This document shows, one piece after another, positions 1 through 11,052 of a stretch of 64,000 nucleotides of DNA (its first letter is position 1; each line of letters opens with the position of its first letter). The DNA comes from Mobula hypostoma (Eukaryota). The translations under genes and the position numbers were made by a program. The notes beneath the pieces are model-generated. The model was not told the DNA's origin. It ran no database searches and worked only from the letters and a program-made list of their open reading frames with translations. The stretch is taken from contig NC_086097.1 in the NCBI RefSeq assembly GCF_963921235.1, forward strand, positions 207,454,001-207,518,000. Reading direction: 5' to 3'.

Positions 1-243
1 CTCCACCACTGACTCAGGCAGTGTATTCCACGCACCAACCACTCTCTGAGTAAAAAACCTTCCTCTAATATCCCTCTTGAACTTCCCACCCCTTACCTTA
101 AAGCCATGTCCTCTTGTATTGAGCAGTGGTGCCTTGGGGAAGAAGCACTGGCTATCCACTCTATCTATTCCTCTTATTATCTTGTACACCTCTATCATGT
201 CTCCTCTCATCCTCCTTCTCTCCAAAGAGTAAAGCCCTAGCTC
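1..243 (-). mobile_element. CR1 LINE 3' fragment
   Basis: Reverse complement closely matches the CR1 3' region at 63065-63290 (TTTTACTCAGAGAGTGGTTGGTGC...CTGCCTGAGTCAGTGGTGGAG). Confidence 0.85.
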
Positions 244-422
244 CTGTCAGTCACTTTACGTACAGACACTCCTGTGCCCAAGCATCACTTTATGGACGTA
301 CAATCAAATCTATGTGTATACGCTCTTACACGAGGAAATCTGCAGATGCTGGAATTTCAAGCAACACACATAAAAGTTGCTGGGGAACGCAGCAAGCCAG
401 GCAGCATCTCTAGGAAGAGTTA

Positions 423-460
423 CAGCCGACGTTTCGGGCCGAGACCCTTCGTCAGGACTA
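423..460 (-). ncRNA. Minimal type I hammerhead ribozyme motif (Penelope-associated)
   Basis: Minus strand reads TAGTC-CTGACGA-AGGGTCTCGGCCC-GAAAC-GTC-GGCTG: CUGANGA and GAAA core boxes, stem II GGG/CCC, GUC site. Confidence 0.75.
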
Positions 461-756
461 ACTGAAAGAAAAGCTAGTAAGAGATTTGAAAGTGTTAGGG
501 GGGAGGCGGAGATCCGAAATGATAGAAGACAGGAGGGGGAGGGATGGAGCCAAGAGCTGGACAGTCCCTACACGACTCCCTTGTCCATTCGTTCCCCCCC
601 CCATCCCTCCCCACCAATCTCCCTCCTGGCACTTATCCGTGTAAGCGGAACAAGTGCTACACATGCCCTTACACTTCCTCCCTTACCACCATTCAGGGCC
701 CCAGACAGTCCTTCCAGGTGAGGCGACACTTCACCTGTGAGTTGGCTGGAGTGATA

Positions 757-818
757 TAGGTAGATAGATAGATAGATAGATATACTTTATTAATCCCGAG
801 GGAAATTTGGTTTCGTTA
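757..818 (-). repeat. (GATA)n microsatellite, probably the tail of a very short LINE insertion in the Penelope copy
   Basis: (AGAT)5-6 followed by ACTTTATTAATCCCGAGGGAAATT; it splits the GIY-YIG frame between AGVI and YSVQC. Confidence 0.6.
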
Positions 819-1390
819 TACAGCGTCCAGTGCTCCCGATGCGGCCTTCTATATATTGGCGAGACTCGACACAGACTGGGAGATAATTTTGCTGCACACC
901 TACGCTTTGTCCGCCAGAGAAAGCAGGATCTCCCAGTGGCCACACATTTTAATTCCATGTCCCATTCCCATTCTGATATGTCAGTCTATGGCCTCCTCTA
1001 CTGTAAAGATGAAGCCACACTCAGGTTGGAGAAACAAGACCTTATATTCCATCTGGGTAGCCTCCAACCTGATGGCATGAACATTGACTTCTCAAACTTC
1101 CACTAATGCCCCACCTCCCCCTTGTACCCCATCCGTTATTTATATACACACATTCTTTTTCTCTCTCTCCTTTTTCTCCCTCTGTCCCTCTCACTATACC
1201 CCTTGCCCATCCTCTGGGCTTCCCCCCTCCACCTTTCTTTCTCCCTAGGCCTCGTGTCCCATGATCCTCTCCTATCCCTTTTGCCAAACACCTATCCAGC
1301 TCTTGGCTCCATCCCTCCCCCTCCTGTATTCTCCTATCATTTCGGATCTCCCCCTCCCCCCTCAAATCTCTTACTTGCCTTTCTTTCAGT

Positions 1391-1428
1391 TAGTCCTGAC
1401 GAAGGGTCTCGGCCTGAAACGTCGACTG
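1391..1428 (+). ncRNA. Minimal type I hammerhead ribozyme motif (Penelope-associated)
   Basis: TAGTC-CTGACGA(1396-1402)-AGGGTCTCGGCCT-GAAAC(1416-1420)-GTC-GACTG; TAGTC can pair with GACTG as stem I. Confidence 0.75.
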
Positions 1429-2204
1429 TACCTCTTTCTAGAGATGCTGCCTGACCTGCTGCGTTCACCAGCAACTTTTATGTGTGTTACTTGTATATGC
1501 TCTTACATATATTTATTGTGGTTTTGTTATTATGTGTTCTTAATCTTGTGATTTTTTTGTACTAAATGCAATCCAGAGTAATAATTGTTTTGTTCTCCTT
1601 TACACTTGTGCACAGGAAATGACATTAAACAATCTTGAATCATGAAGAGAATGGTTATGTCGAAGAACTATATCCATGAAGAGTTCCATCTATTTCAATC
1701 AACATTCTGATCAGATGAATATTCAAAAAACTATTACATCCTACTGAAATTCAATATACATAATAATTCAATGTTGTTTGTATTCTTATTAAACATACAA
1801 AATGTGTTTGGTTGATGGAAAATGGCTTGGCTACATTTTGAGGAAGAAATGAACGGCCATGAAATGGAGAAGATGAAAGAGCAGATTAAGGAGATGTGAA
1901 AGGATTGGGCCTTTTGGAACGCTAAGTGAAGGATGAGGATGACATTTCAAGTGGTGAAAAGTCATTGCAAGTTGCAGAAACTAAAGGATGATACATCGGT
2001 GAGTGATAATTCACTTGCACTTCAAATCTATCGTACACCATATCAGTGAGTATCAGGCATAGTGAGTTTAGTTGATATTGGAATTATTGATAAGTACAAA
2101 CCTTCAATGAATTTCCAAAATGTAATTGATTTTTGAAGTTAGAAGGTATAGCTATATTAACAAACAAACTTTCTATTGAAAATTTCGGCAGCAATATCAT
2201 AGCA

Positions 2205-3805
2205 GGAAGTTATTTAAGAACTAAAGTGCTGACATTTGAGAAGGTCCAGAGGTTCATAAGAATGACTGGGTTAATGTTCTGTCTGAGTACTGTACAGTAT
2301 AATGTACTGTGGCTCTGAGCCCAAACTTGCTAGAATCTCAAAGAATGAGGGGGAAATCAAATTGAAACCTATTAAATACAGGTTTCCCCAGCTATCCAAA
2401 GGTACAGCGTTCCTATGAAAAGGTTCGTAAGCCGGAATGTCGTAAAGTGAATAAACAATTAGCATTTATTAATACGGGAAAAATTTTTGAGCGTTCCCAG
2501 ACCCAAAAAATAAACCTACAAAATCATGCCAAATAACACATAAAACCTAAAATAACAGTAACATATAGTAAAGGCAGGAATGATATGATAAATACACAGC
2601 CGATGTAAAGTAGAAATACTTTTCTGCAGCACTGTCTAGCGCAGTGAAAATCTTGCGGAAGCGCTCTCGGCAGAAACACTCTCTCCAGTAACCTTTAAAC
2701 TATGAAGCTGCCAAATCATACCAAATAACACAAAAATAGAGAGCCTATATAAAGTAGAAGTAATGTATGTACAGTGTAGTTTCACTTACCGGAATTGGGA
2801 AGACTCCAATAAATTGCAGTTTCGTCACAGTTAAACACTTGCTTATACAAATAACCACCTGACGCAATCGGCAATCGTCTCTGATCTGGGCCAACATTTA
2901 CATGCTGGGGGGCACCTAATTAACTAGCTTATTTATTTTGGCTTTTTTCTTAAAGATGTGCTGGGTGCCTCCCGACTACCGCTGCACCACTGCGTCCTTC
3001 ACGGCCCAGTAACGGTCGGCAGCCCGGAGGTTGGTGACCACTGCTTAAACTATGAAGCTGCCCTCGCCTCAGAAACCGATCAAACCACCCATGACTACCT
3101 TTAAATTCCACTTTTGCAACACTTTCATCACCATCGGCCAGTACTTTCTGTTTCAGCTTATTAAAAAGACTGACTAATTTCTCAAGTATAAGAAAACTTA
3201 ACGAAACACCACGCTTTGTACACCCATCAATCCACTCAAGCAACAGACTTTCCATTTTATCTATTATTGGATGCTAACTAAGAGAGACCACTTTGCTACG
3301 AGCAGAACCAACAGTAACATCGGCATCTTTCAAAATTCTCTCTCTGTGTATAAATAGTGAGAACGATGGATGCAGGCAAGTTCAACACACAGACAATGTC
3401 CTTACTTCATTCACCACGATCGAAACGATTATGTCTAGTTTTATGCTAAGTGAACACCCTTACGAGCTCTTTATTGAAAGGCCTGCATAGAGTGGATGTG
3501 GAGGGAATGGGGAGCCTAGGACCAAAGGGCACAGCATTAGAATAGAGGGACGTACATTTAGACAAAGGAGGAGGAATTTCTTTAGCTGAGGGTGGTGAAC
3601 TTGTGTTGTGGAATTCATTGCCACGGATGGCTGTGGAGACCAAATCATTGGATATAGTTAAAGTGGAGGTTGAGTAGTAAAGGCATCAAAGGTTATAGGG
3701 AGAAGGCAAGAGAATGGGGTTGAGAGATAATAAGTCAGATATGATCGAATAGCAAAGCAGACTCAATGGGCCAAATAGCCTAATTCTGCTCCTATGTCTA
3801 ATGGT
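2205..3805 (+). mobile_element. CR1 3' fragment split by a Tigger insertion
   Basis: ...VLTFEKVQR...GAAACCTATTAAATA stops at 2378 and resumes at ~3472 (TTGAAAGGCCTGCATAGAGTGGATGTGGAG) through a typical CR1 3' UTR. Confidence 0.75.
2379..3470 (-). mobile_element. Tigger/pogo DNA transposon remnant
   Basis: TA + CAGGTTTCCCC...TCGTAAG terminus; ORF 2950-3255 MESLLLEWID...FKGSHGWFDRFLRR resembles the CENP-B-type HTH of Tigger transposases. Confidence 0.85.
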
Positions 3806-4745
3806 ACAAGTTTCAGAAAGGTTTTTCTACCAAATCTCCATTGTGTTTGCACAGATCTACCACTGTAGATTCCAAGTGCCATAGTACTGTATTCAGTATT
3901 TATCATGTGGTCTTCATCACACTGGAGAAACAGCAGGTTTGGAGACCATTTTTATCCACAAGAACAATCTTGTGCTTCGTATGCAGGATTGAAGATTACC
4001 ATGTCATTTTCCTTTGCAACAAACTGTTTTATTCTCCCAGTTCTAGCATGCTTTTAATTGAAACATTCGTAACTTCTCTTCCCATAGATGCTGCTGTGTT
4101 TCCAGCATTTTTTGTTTTCTCTAATTTCATAAATTTTATCTCAAATTCAAAAGTATTTTCCATGCCACACACAAAAAAATCATTTGCCTGTATCACCATC
4201 TCATTCTCTCAAGTGAAACAGTTGGAACAAAAATCCTGCACAATCCATTTATCCAAGGAAAACAGAACACATTCCAGATTATCTCTAACCTTTCAACAGA
4301 TTAAAGTTCACAGCAACAAGCCATATTTATTTTTCCACTGCAATTTTGTTCAGAACTATTTCTTTTCTATGGTAACTACCAATATTTTAGTAAGGAGAGG
4401 TGATTATGATTCTCAATTCCATAAACAACATTATCATTATTGATGTATGAAATGTAACTAAAATAATCACCTTACTGCAGTTTACTTTTAGGCATTTGGT
4501 ATATTATAAACTATTAGCCTCATACTAGAAGTCACTCATTTTTATCTACAGATCTCAAGCTTAAGACCAAAGTACATTCTTAACAAGGAACAAGAAATAA
4601 TTAAACAACCTTGTAAACATATCCCAGGTTGTGTTAAATAGAATAGAATTAAACATTGACAGGGCTACAAAAGATATACTCCTGCTTTTTCTGCTGTTCA
4701 CTAAAATTTAAATTAAGGCTAATCCTGTGGGTTCTGACTCTAGAG

Positions 4746-5513
4746 CAGCGGTCCCCAACCACCGGGCCATGGACCAGTTCCGGGCCACAAAGTATATGCT
4801 ACCGGGCCATGAGGAAACGATATGAGTCAGCTGCACCTTTTCCCCATTCCCTGTCACACACTGTTGAACTTGAACATAGGGTTGCCAACTATCCCATATT
4901 TGTCGGTACATCCCATATAATTGAGTTAAATTGGTTTGTCCCATACGGGACCACCCTTGTCCCGTATTTCCCCTGCTAAGGTAGAGCGTTCCTATGAAGT
5001 GGCGTGAAGCGAAGAAGCAATTACCATTAATTTTTATGGCAAAATTTTTGAACATTCCCAGACCCAAAAAACAACCTAACAAATCATACCAAATAACACA
5101 TAAAACCAAAAATATATAACACTAACATATAGTAAAAGCAGGAATATGATAAATACACAGCCTATATAAAGTAAAAATAATGTATGTATAGTCGGGAAGG
5201 CGGCAAAACCGATTGGGGGGGGGAAGAAATCAGCACGTCCGCGCATGCACAAATCACATGCGCACACAGGTGCCCGCGCAAGGCTTCATGATCATTGTAG
5301 TCTTTCCTGGGGTAAAGTGTCCCAGAATTTGACTGCTACTTTTGTCCCTTATTTGGGAATGAGAAAGTTGGCGACCCTAACTATAAAAGACATGTTGAGG
5401 TGAGTTTAACCCTACTTGAACAACTCTCCCCCCCACCCCTCGGGTCGGCCGGTCCGCAAGAATATTGTCAATATTAGACCGGTCCGCGGTGCAAAAAAGG
5501 TTGGGGACCCCTG
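4746..5513. mobile_element. Non-autonomous hAT (Charlie/Buster-type) element
   Basis: TIRs CAGCGGTCCCCAACC / GGTTGGGGACCCCTG; perfect 8-bp TSD CTCTAGAG at 4738-4745 and 5514-5521. Confidence 0.92.
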
Positions 5514-6223
5514 CTCTAGAGGGGCTGTTCATTTTTTTTAAGCAATTCGTTTAGTACAAACATCACTTCCTGTTCATAAACTGTTTCTTCATTTCCTGCG
5601 TGTGTTAATTTGGATTTCAACTTGAAGCACTCATGGTAGAAAAATAGCTATTTTCATCCACTCTTTATTTGCCTTGAAACAATACTATCCAAGTCTTAAG
5701 CTTTCTTGCTTTCTTAATATTGCTAAACAATTAGTACATGTTCTTTGAAAGAAGTATTGTTTATCCTTTATCGCAATTAAGATATCGTACCATGAGTTCA
5801 CTAGTCCAAGGCACAGCTACAGAATGTTACATATACGTGTTACTTTGTTTAACACTGATCGCAAGAATAATTGATAATATTAGTGTATTCAGGCATGTGA
5901 CAAACCTGTATTGAATCTAATACATGTTTTACTTATCTGCAGTTTCACAAAAGTTTCCACATGAAAAATTCCAAAGCCTAGCTTTATACGCAACACACAG
6001 CAAGGGCAGTAGAGTGAAAAGATAACTCGTCTTCAAAGGCATCACCGCAGATTGGAGATGTGTCTCCATCGATGGCTGAGCCTGGTCAAAATGTGGCACA
6101 TCGATTGCATCCTCATGACACTCAAGCAAAACCACACTTAGCATAGCGGTAGCACAAGCCCTCGCCAGAGTTGAAGCAACAAGACTGAGAGCAGCATATG
6201 CCAAGCGCAAAGCTAATACACTA

Positions 6224-6878
6224 CAGGCAGTTCCCGAGTTACGAATGTCCAACTTACGAACAGAGGATGGAGAATGCCGTCCACTATTTTAAGTTGTTGC
6301 CTTTAATACTGTGTTGAGTGTGTAACTTTGTACTTGGCTTAAATTTTTCTTAACAAGATTCACCCTGACCCCCCCTCCCCCACTTGTCTCATTTAAACTG
6401 TCTCAGTGGGGTGGACTTTAGGACCTGGGGGAGCTCAGGTCAGGACCCACCGCCCACGGCTGCTGCTGAATCCGCAGTATTTCTGTTCCGTTGACGGAAA
6501 TAAAGTGGAAAAAATGAAGCGATCGGAAAGAGGTGGAACGCCATCAGTCATTGGAAAAACTTTAAGCTACAGTCAGTCAACGATCGGAACAATTTTAAAG
6601 GATAAAGGATAAAGTGAGAATAATGGAGCATGTGAAAGGCCCTGCCCCAAAGAAAGCTACAATTATTACTAAGCAACACACTGATTTAATTATTGAAATA
6701 CATACGTTTCTTAAGTGTTTTATATGCATAGAAAGGTAAAATATATACTATATACTAAGACAAACGTTTGACTAACTGATGCTAAATAATACCGGATATA
6801 CCTGTTCTGACTTACGTACAAATCTGACTTAAAGACGGACTCAAGAACGGAACTCGTTCGTAACCCAGGGACGTCCCG
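6224..6878 (+). mobile_element. Tigger-derived non-autonomous element inserted in BEL gag
   Basis: TA-flanked imperfect TIRs CAGGCAGTTCCCGAGTTACGAA / TTCGTAACCCAGGGACGTCCCG; internal KVEKMKRSERGGTPSVIGKTLSYSQSTIGTILKDK is a psq-type HTH. Confidence 0.82.
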
Positions 6879-7577
6879 TAATTGAAAGAGTTTGTGTAAA
6901 CATGGAGAAAGCAAGCACAGAAATGAGAAAGCTCATGTACAAGCTACATTGAGTGTGCTCAAGGAGGACCATGAAGCTGAGGCTGCCTCAGCAGAGGCAA
7001 AGGTGTATGATGCAGCAGCCAACTGAGACAGTGGTGGTTGTCTCTCTAAGAGAATGACTGAAGAACCAATCATTGGTGCAAGCCCTCTAATATGACATGG
7101 CCGCTCAACAGAGAATGAATTCAAAGCAGCAAAGACAGGAACCAGATTCATGTCATGTTTCATGCCAGATTTTTTTCCCCAGTCCTCTGCTTCAGATTCA
7201 AACCCAAAGATGGACCCCCATTTAAAGTACAAATTGAGAAATGCACAAAGTCATCCAACTTGGAAGAATATGGAGGTTCACCACTTGACAAGAACAGACC
7301 AGGGCTGAGCGGCACACCACGTGCATCAGTGGCTCACCTTTCAACAGAAGCTACAACAGAACCAACTGCATTGTCCTCACTTGCTGCACCAGGACGAGGT
7401 GATAAATCACACAGTTTGAGTGAGATGCTGAGACTGGCCAGAGTCAGTCCGAATGTAGACAAGACAGTCATCCATAAAGTGATTGAGAATCTGGAGAAAC
7501 AGTAGCAATATATTGCAGAACACAGATGGACACAGTGCAGCAAGCACCAGTGGTCTCCAAGAAACTCTGCCAAGGAC

Positions 7578-7675
7578 ACGCAACACACACAAAATACTGG
7601 AGGAACTCATCAGCCAGGCAACATCTATGGAAAAAGAGTAAACAGTCAGCATTTTGGGCTGAAACCTTCATTAAG
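7578..7675 (-). mobile_element. Penelope terminal repeat fragment with decayed hammerhead
   Basis: ACACACAAAATACTGGAGGAACTCA...CATCTATGGAAAAAGAGTAAACAGTCAGCATTTTGGGCTGAAACCTTCAT, homologous to 360-455. Confidence 0.75.
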
Positions 7676-9609
7676 AACCTATTGACGCTTCAGCAGAAAT
7701 AAACCCAGACACAGCTGTAAATTCAGGGCTGGCACCTCGGGCTACTGATTCCAGTACACTCACAGCAGAGCAGAGTGGGGAGCCAGCTGAGCATCCATTA
7801 GATGCAGTTACTTCCCCGGACATTCTAAAGACATGTTCTGGAACATCAGAAGTTACCAGAAGCAGAGCTGGTGGTTTTGTCATGGAGTCAATAGGAGGGG
7901 AGGTCTGTTTACCCCCGCCAACTCTCATTGACTGCGACCATATTCGCAGCAGGGATGAAATCACAACTTCTGAAGTGGCACACAGCCGTTCATGTCTCAA
8001 GGACATTGCTGACAAGATCCCCCCACTTGATTTTAATGCTGAGGTTCTCCTATTGCTTAGCAGAGACACCATCTGTACACACAAGTTACGTGAACAGCAC
8101 AATGGTCGGCACAATGCACCTTATGCCTAATGACTGGATGTGGGTGAGGTCTGCCTTGATGGTGCTTGCCAGCCCACTGTGAGTGCATTTAAGACTAATG
8201 TCCAGAAGAACACATCATTTCAGATCCTGTGAGAGTAGTATCTGTATGGCGTTGGCACATTTGTAAGCAACCTCTCAGTGCAGAGCAACTGAATTAGGCA
8301 AAAGAAGGAGTCCTTGTTGTTCAAAGATAGGTGTATGCAGAGGATGTGCCGCACATCATAAAACAGGAACCTCTCCCAATCCAATATTTCCTTAATTATC
8401 TTTGTACCATTCTTGACTCGAAGGAGCTAAATCAAGTTGGAGGATGTATTAAAAAGGCACAACTTGCTTCGAAGGTACCTCACTCAATTATCAGTCTGGT
8501 GAGCACCATGTCATCAGTATGTCATCAAGGACAACATTTTCAAAGTGAGAATGGTTAAAGACCGTGCGGTTTCAAGACAAGTCTTTGGCAAAGATGTAAT
8601 GAAATGATCATTTGACTTTTAATTTCAGTAGTTAAATTTGACATCCTGGATGTCAGGCAGGGAGAGTTCAGAATCCACAGGCATAGTTCATTTTGTACAG
8701 ACATCACTTCATTCGTAAGCTGTTCTTTACATCATTTTCTGCGTGGACCAATTCAGATTTTGACTTGAAGCACAGAGCTGAAACCCATCCATCTCCATCC
8801 ACTCTTTATTTGCTGTTGAAACAGCAATATCTGAGTGTTAAGCTTTCTTAATATTGGTAAACAGTAGGTGTACTTTGAAGGAGGTATTGTTTATCCTTCG
8901 TCACTATTACGCTATTGTAGTGCCAGAAGCTCACTTTGTCCATGCCAAAGCTATAAAATGTTGTTTTGTTTCATGCTAATTGTAAGAATAATTGATAATA
9001 GCAGTATATTCAGGTCCGAGACAATTCGATATTGAATCTAATACAGGTTTTACTTAACTTACTGTAGTTCTACAAAGTTTTTCATTAAAAGCCCCCAGGA
9101 AAGTTTCCGCTCAGGTGACTTTTGAAAAGATGTTTAACTCCCTGCTTAGCTTTCTACACAACGCATTACAAGAGCAGTAGATTATGCCTCAACATTTTCT
9201 TGCCAAACGCCTCGAACTTTTATTCTCCAAGTGACCCATGGTCTATTAACTTCACCCTTGATTACACGCAATAATCAAGCAATGACTGAATTGTAAGAGA
9301 ATCTGCATGAGGAAATTTTTCCACATCAGACCCAAGAATCGGGCTTTCTGTTCTAAATTTCCTACCCTAACAAAATAATCTGACAGTATCCAACTCAATG
9401 AGATCATCCATTATTCTTTAAAACACCACTAAGCACAGGCCACTATTTCTTAATCTCATAGGATAAACAGTTTGAGATAACCAGCCTTCAAGGCAGTATA
9501 ATGTTCCATAAGTATGGAAAACAAAATTGTCTTGTGTGTTTAGGGGAAATCTTCCTGATTCTTGTATTTCAGTTACTTTACAGTAAAGATAACTATACTA
9601 TCTTCCTCC

Positions 9610-9918
9610 CACTATACCATCTGGCTCCTGATCCAGTGTGGATAACTTCACTCACCTCAACATTAAACTATTCCACAACCTAGGGATTCACTTTCCAGGA
9701 CTCTACAACTCTTTCTCAATATTGTTTCTTATGTATTATTGTAATTCTTTTGGAATTTCAGTTTGTCTTCTTTGCACATTGGTTGTTTGTCCGTCTTTGT
9801 TTGCATGTTGCTTTCCAATGATTTTATAGTGTTTTGTTCTAACTACCGTTAAAGCCCACATGAAATTAATCTCAGGGCGACATATGTACTTTGATAATAA
9901 ATTCACTTTCAACTTTCC
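9610..9918 (+). mobile_element. Rex1/L2-type LINE 3' end
   Basis: Ends AATCTCAGGG...CATATGTACTTTGATAATAAATT.ACTTT, the same tail seen at ~13445-13505 and ~43090-43157. Confidence 0.65.
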
Positions 9919-10721
9919 TTTCTTGTTTGCTGTACTGAATGTTTATTTAGTGCATTTTATGAATCAGCATAACTAAATTGCTCTTAAACCACTCAAACGT
10001 GCATTTTTACATTCTTCCTACTAAACAAATGAACACCAGTTTCCCATATTGTACTCCACCAGCCAATTTTTCACCCACTTGCTTAACCACTCTCCCTTTC
10101 AGTTTGTGTCCACCTTAGAATTCACTTCTGCAAAGCTTCGGTTCATTTGTAGGATAGATATTAGACAAAGAGTAATTAACTTAATCTTCAAAAATTGCAT
10201 GTACTAAGCAAGATAGAAAAAAGAATGCTCCTGTATACATAACAGACAGATATGTCAAAAAGAGATCAGTTATCTCCTTTTATTGTCATCCAGCCTTTTC
10301 ACAAGACATGCACTGAGCCAAGTACCAGGCCTCTCAAAGGCTTTTGAAGTAAACAGCTGCTTCATTTCCTTACTCAAGTAGCTATGCCAGTTCTCATCAT
10401 AAAAATAAATACAACATGCTATAACATTTAAATGCACAAGCATTTTGTTGAAAACATTTATTTTTAAATGCTTGGCTATACGCAATTCCCTTAAAGACAA
10501 GGACTCAGCAACTATTCCTGTTGCACCTCACCAACACTCTGCAAAATGAATAAAACCAGTTTATTCTTCCCCTCTCATCTTTAGGCATTCATGTTAATCG
10601 AGCTACTCAAAGCCTACAAACTTGACTTTCAAATAATAACCTTCAAATAGCACCAGAGCAAAACTACAGAAGTCAAATAGGTCTATTGACAGTTTTAAGT
10701 TTTAAATGGATGCTTAACTAA

Positions 10722-11052
10722 CATTAGACCATAAGACAAAGCAGCAGAAGTAGGCCATTCAGCCCATTGAGTCTGCTCCGCCATTTTATCATGAGCTGAT
10801 CCATTTTATCCTATTTAGTCCCATTGCCCCGCCTTCTCACCATAACCTTTGATGACCTGCCTACTCAGATACCTATCAATCTCTGCCTTAAATACGCCCA
10901 ATGACTTGGCCTCCACTGCTGCTCGTGGCAACAAATTTCATAGATTCACCACCCTCTGACTAAAAAAATTTCTTCGCATTTCTGTTCTGAAAGGGCGCCC
11001 TTCAATCCTGAAGTCATGCCCTCTTGTACTAGACTCCTCCATCATGGGAACA
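10722..11052 (-). mobile_element. CR1 3' end
   Basis: AGACCATAAGAC..AGCAGAAGTAGGCCATTCAGCCC... matches the CR1 tails at 33412 and 49625. Confidence 0.8.

Larger units (their letters stand above)
327..1490 (+). mobile_element. Penelope-like element: inverted terminal copy (327-563) + GIY-YIG endonuclease remnant + 3' repeat
   Basis: ORFs 544-759 and 807-1106 give PCKRNKCYTC and YSVQCSRCGLLYIGETRHRLGDNFAAHL...LGSLQPDGMNIDF; 327-563 is the reverse complement of ~1290-1490. Confidence 0.9.
5526..9180 (+). mobile_element. Old internally deleted BEL/Pao LTR retrotransposon
   Basis: Diverged direct repeats at ~5545-6015 and ~8690-9180; ORF 7882-8130 (PTLIDCDHIRSRDEITTSEVA...IPPLDFNAEVLLLLSRD...NGRHNAPYA) resembles the BEL protease-adjacent region; purine tract CAGGCAGGGAG before the 3' repeat. 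Confidence 0.8.

Noticed and set aside
3841..4443. 200-aa ORF as a host gene
   Set aside because: TTG start, F/S/I-rich composition typical of AT-rich non-coding DNA, no domain, and it includes a decayed Penelope fragment near 4080-4115
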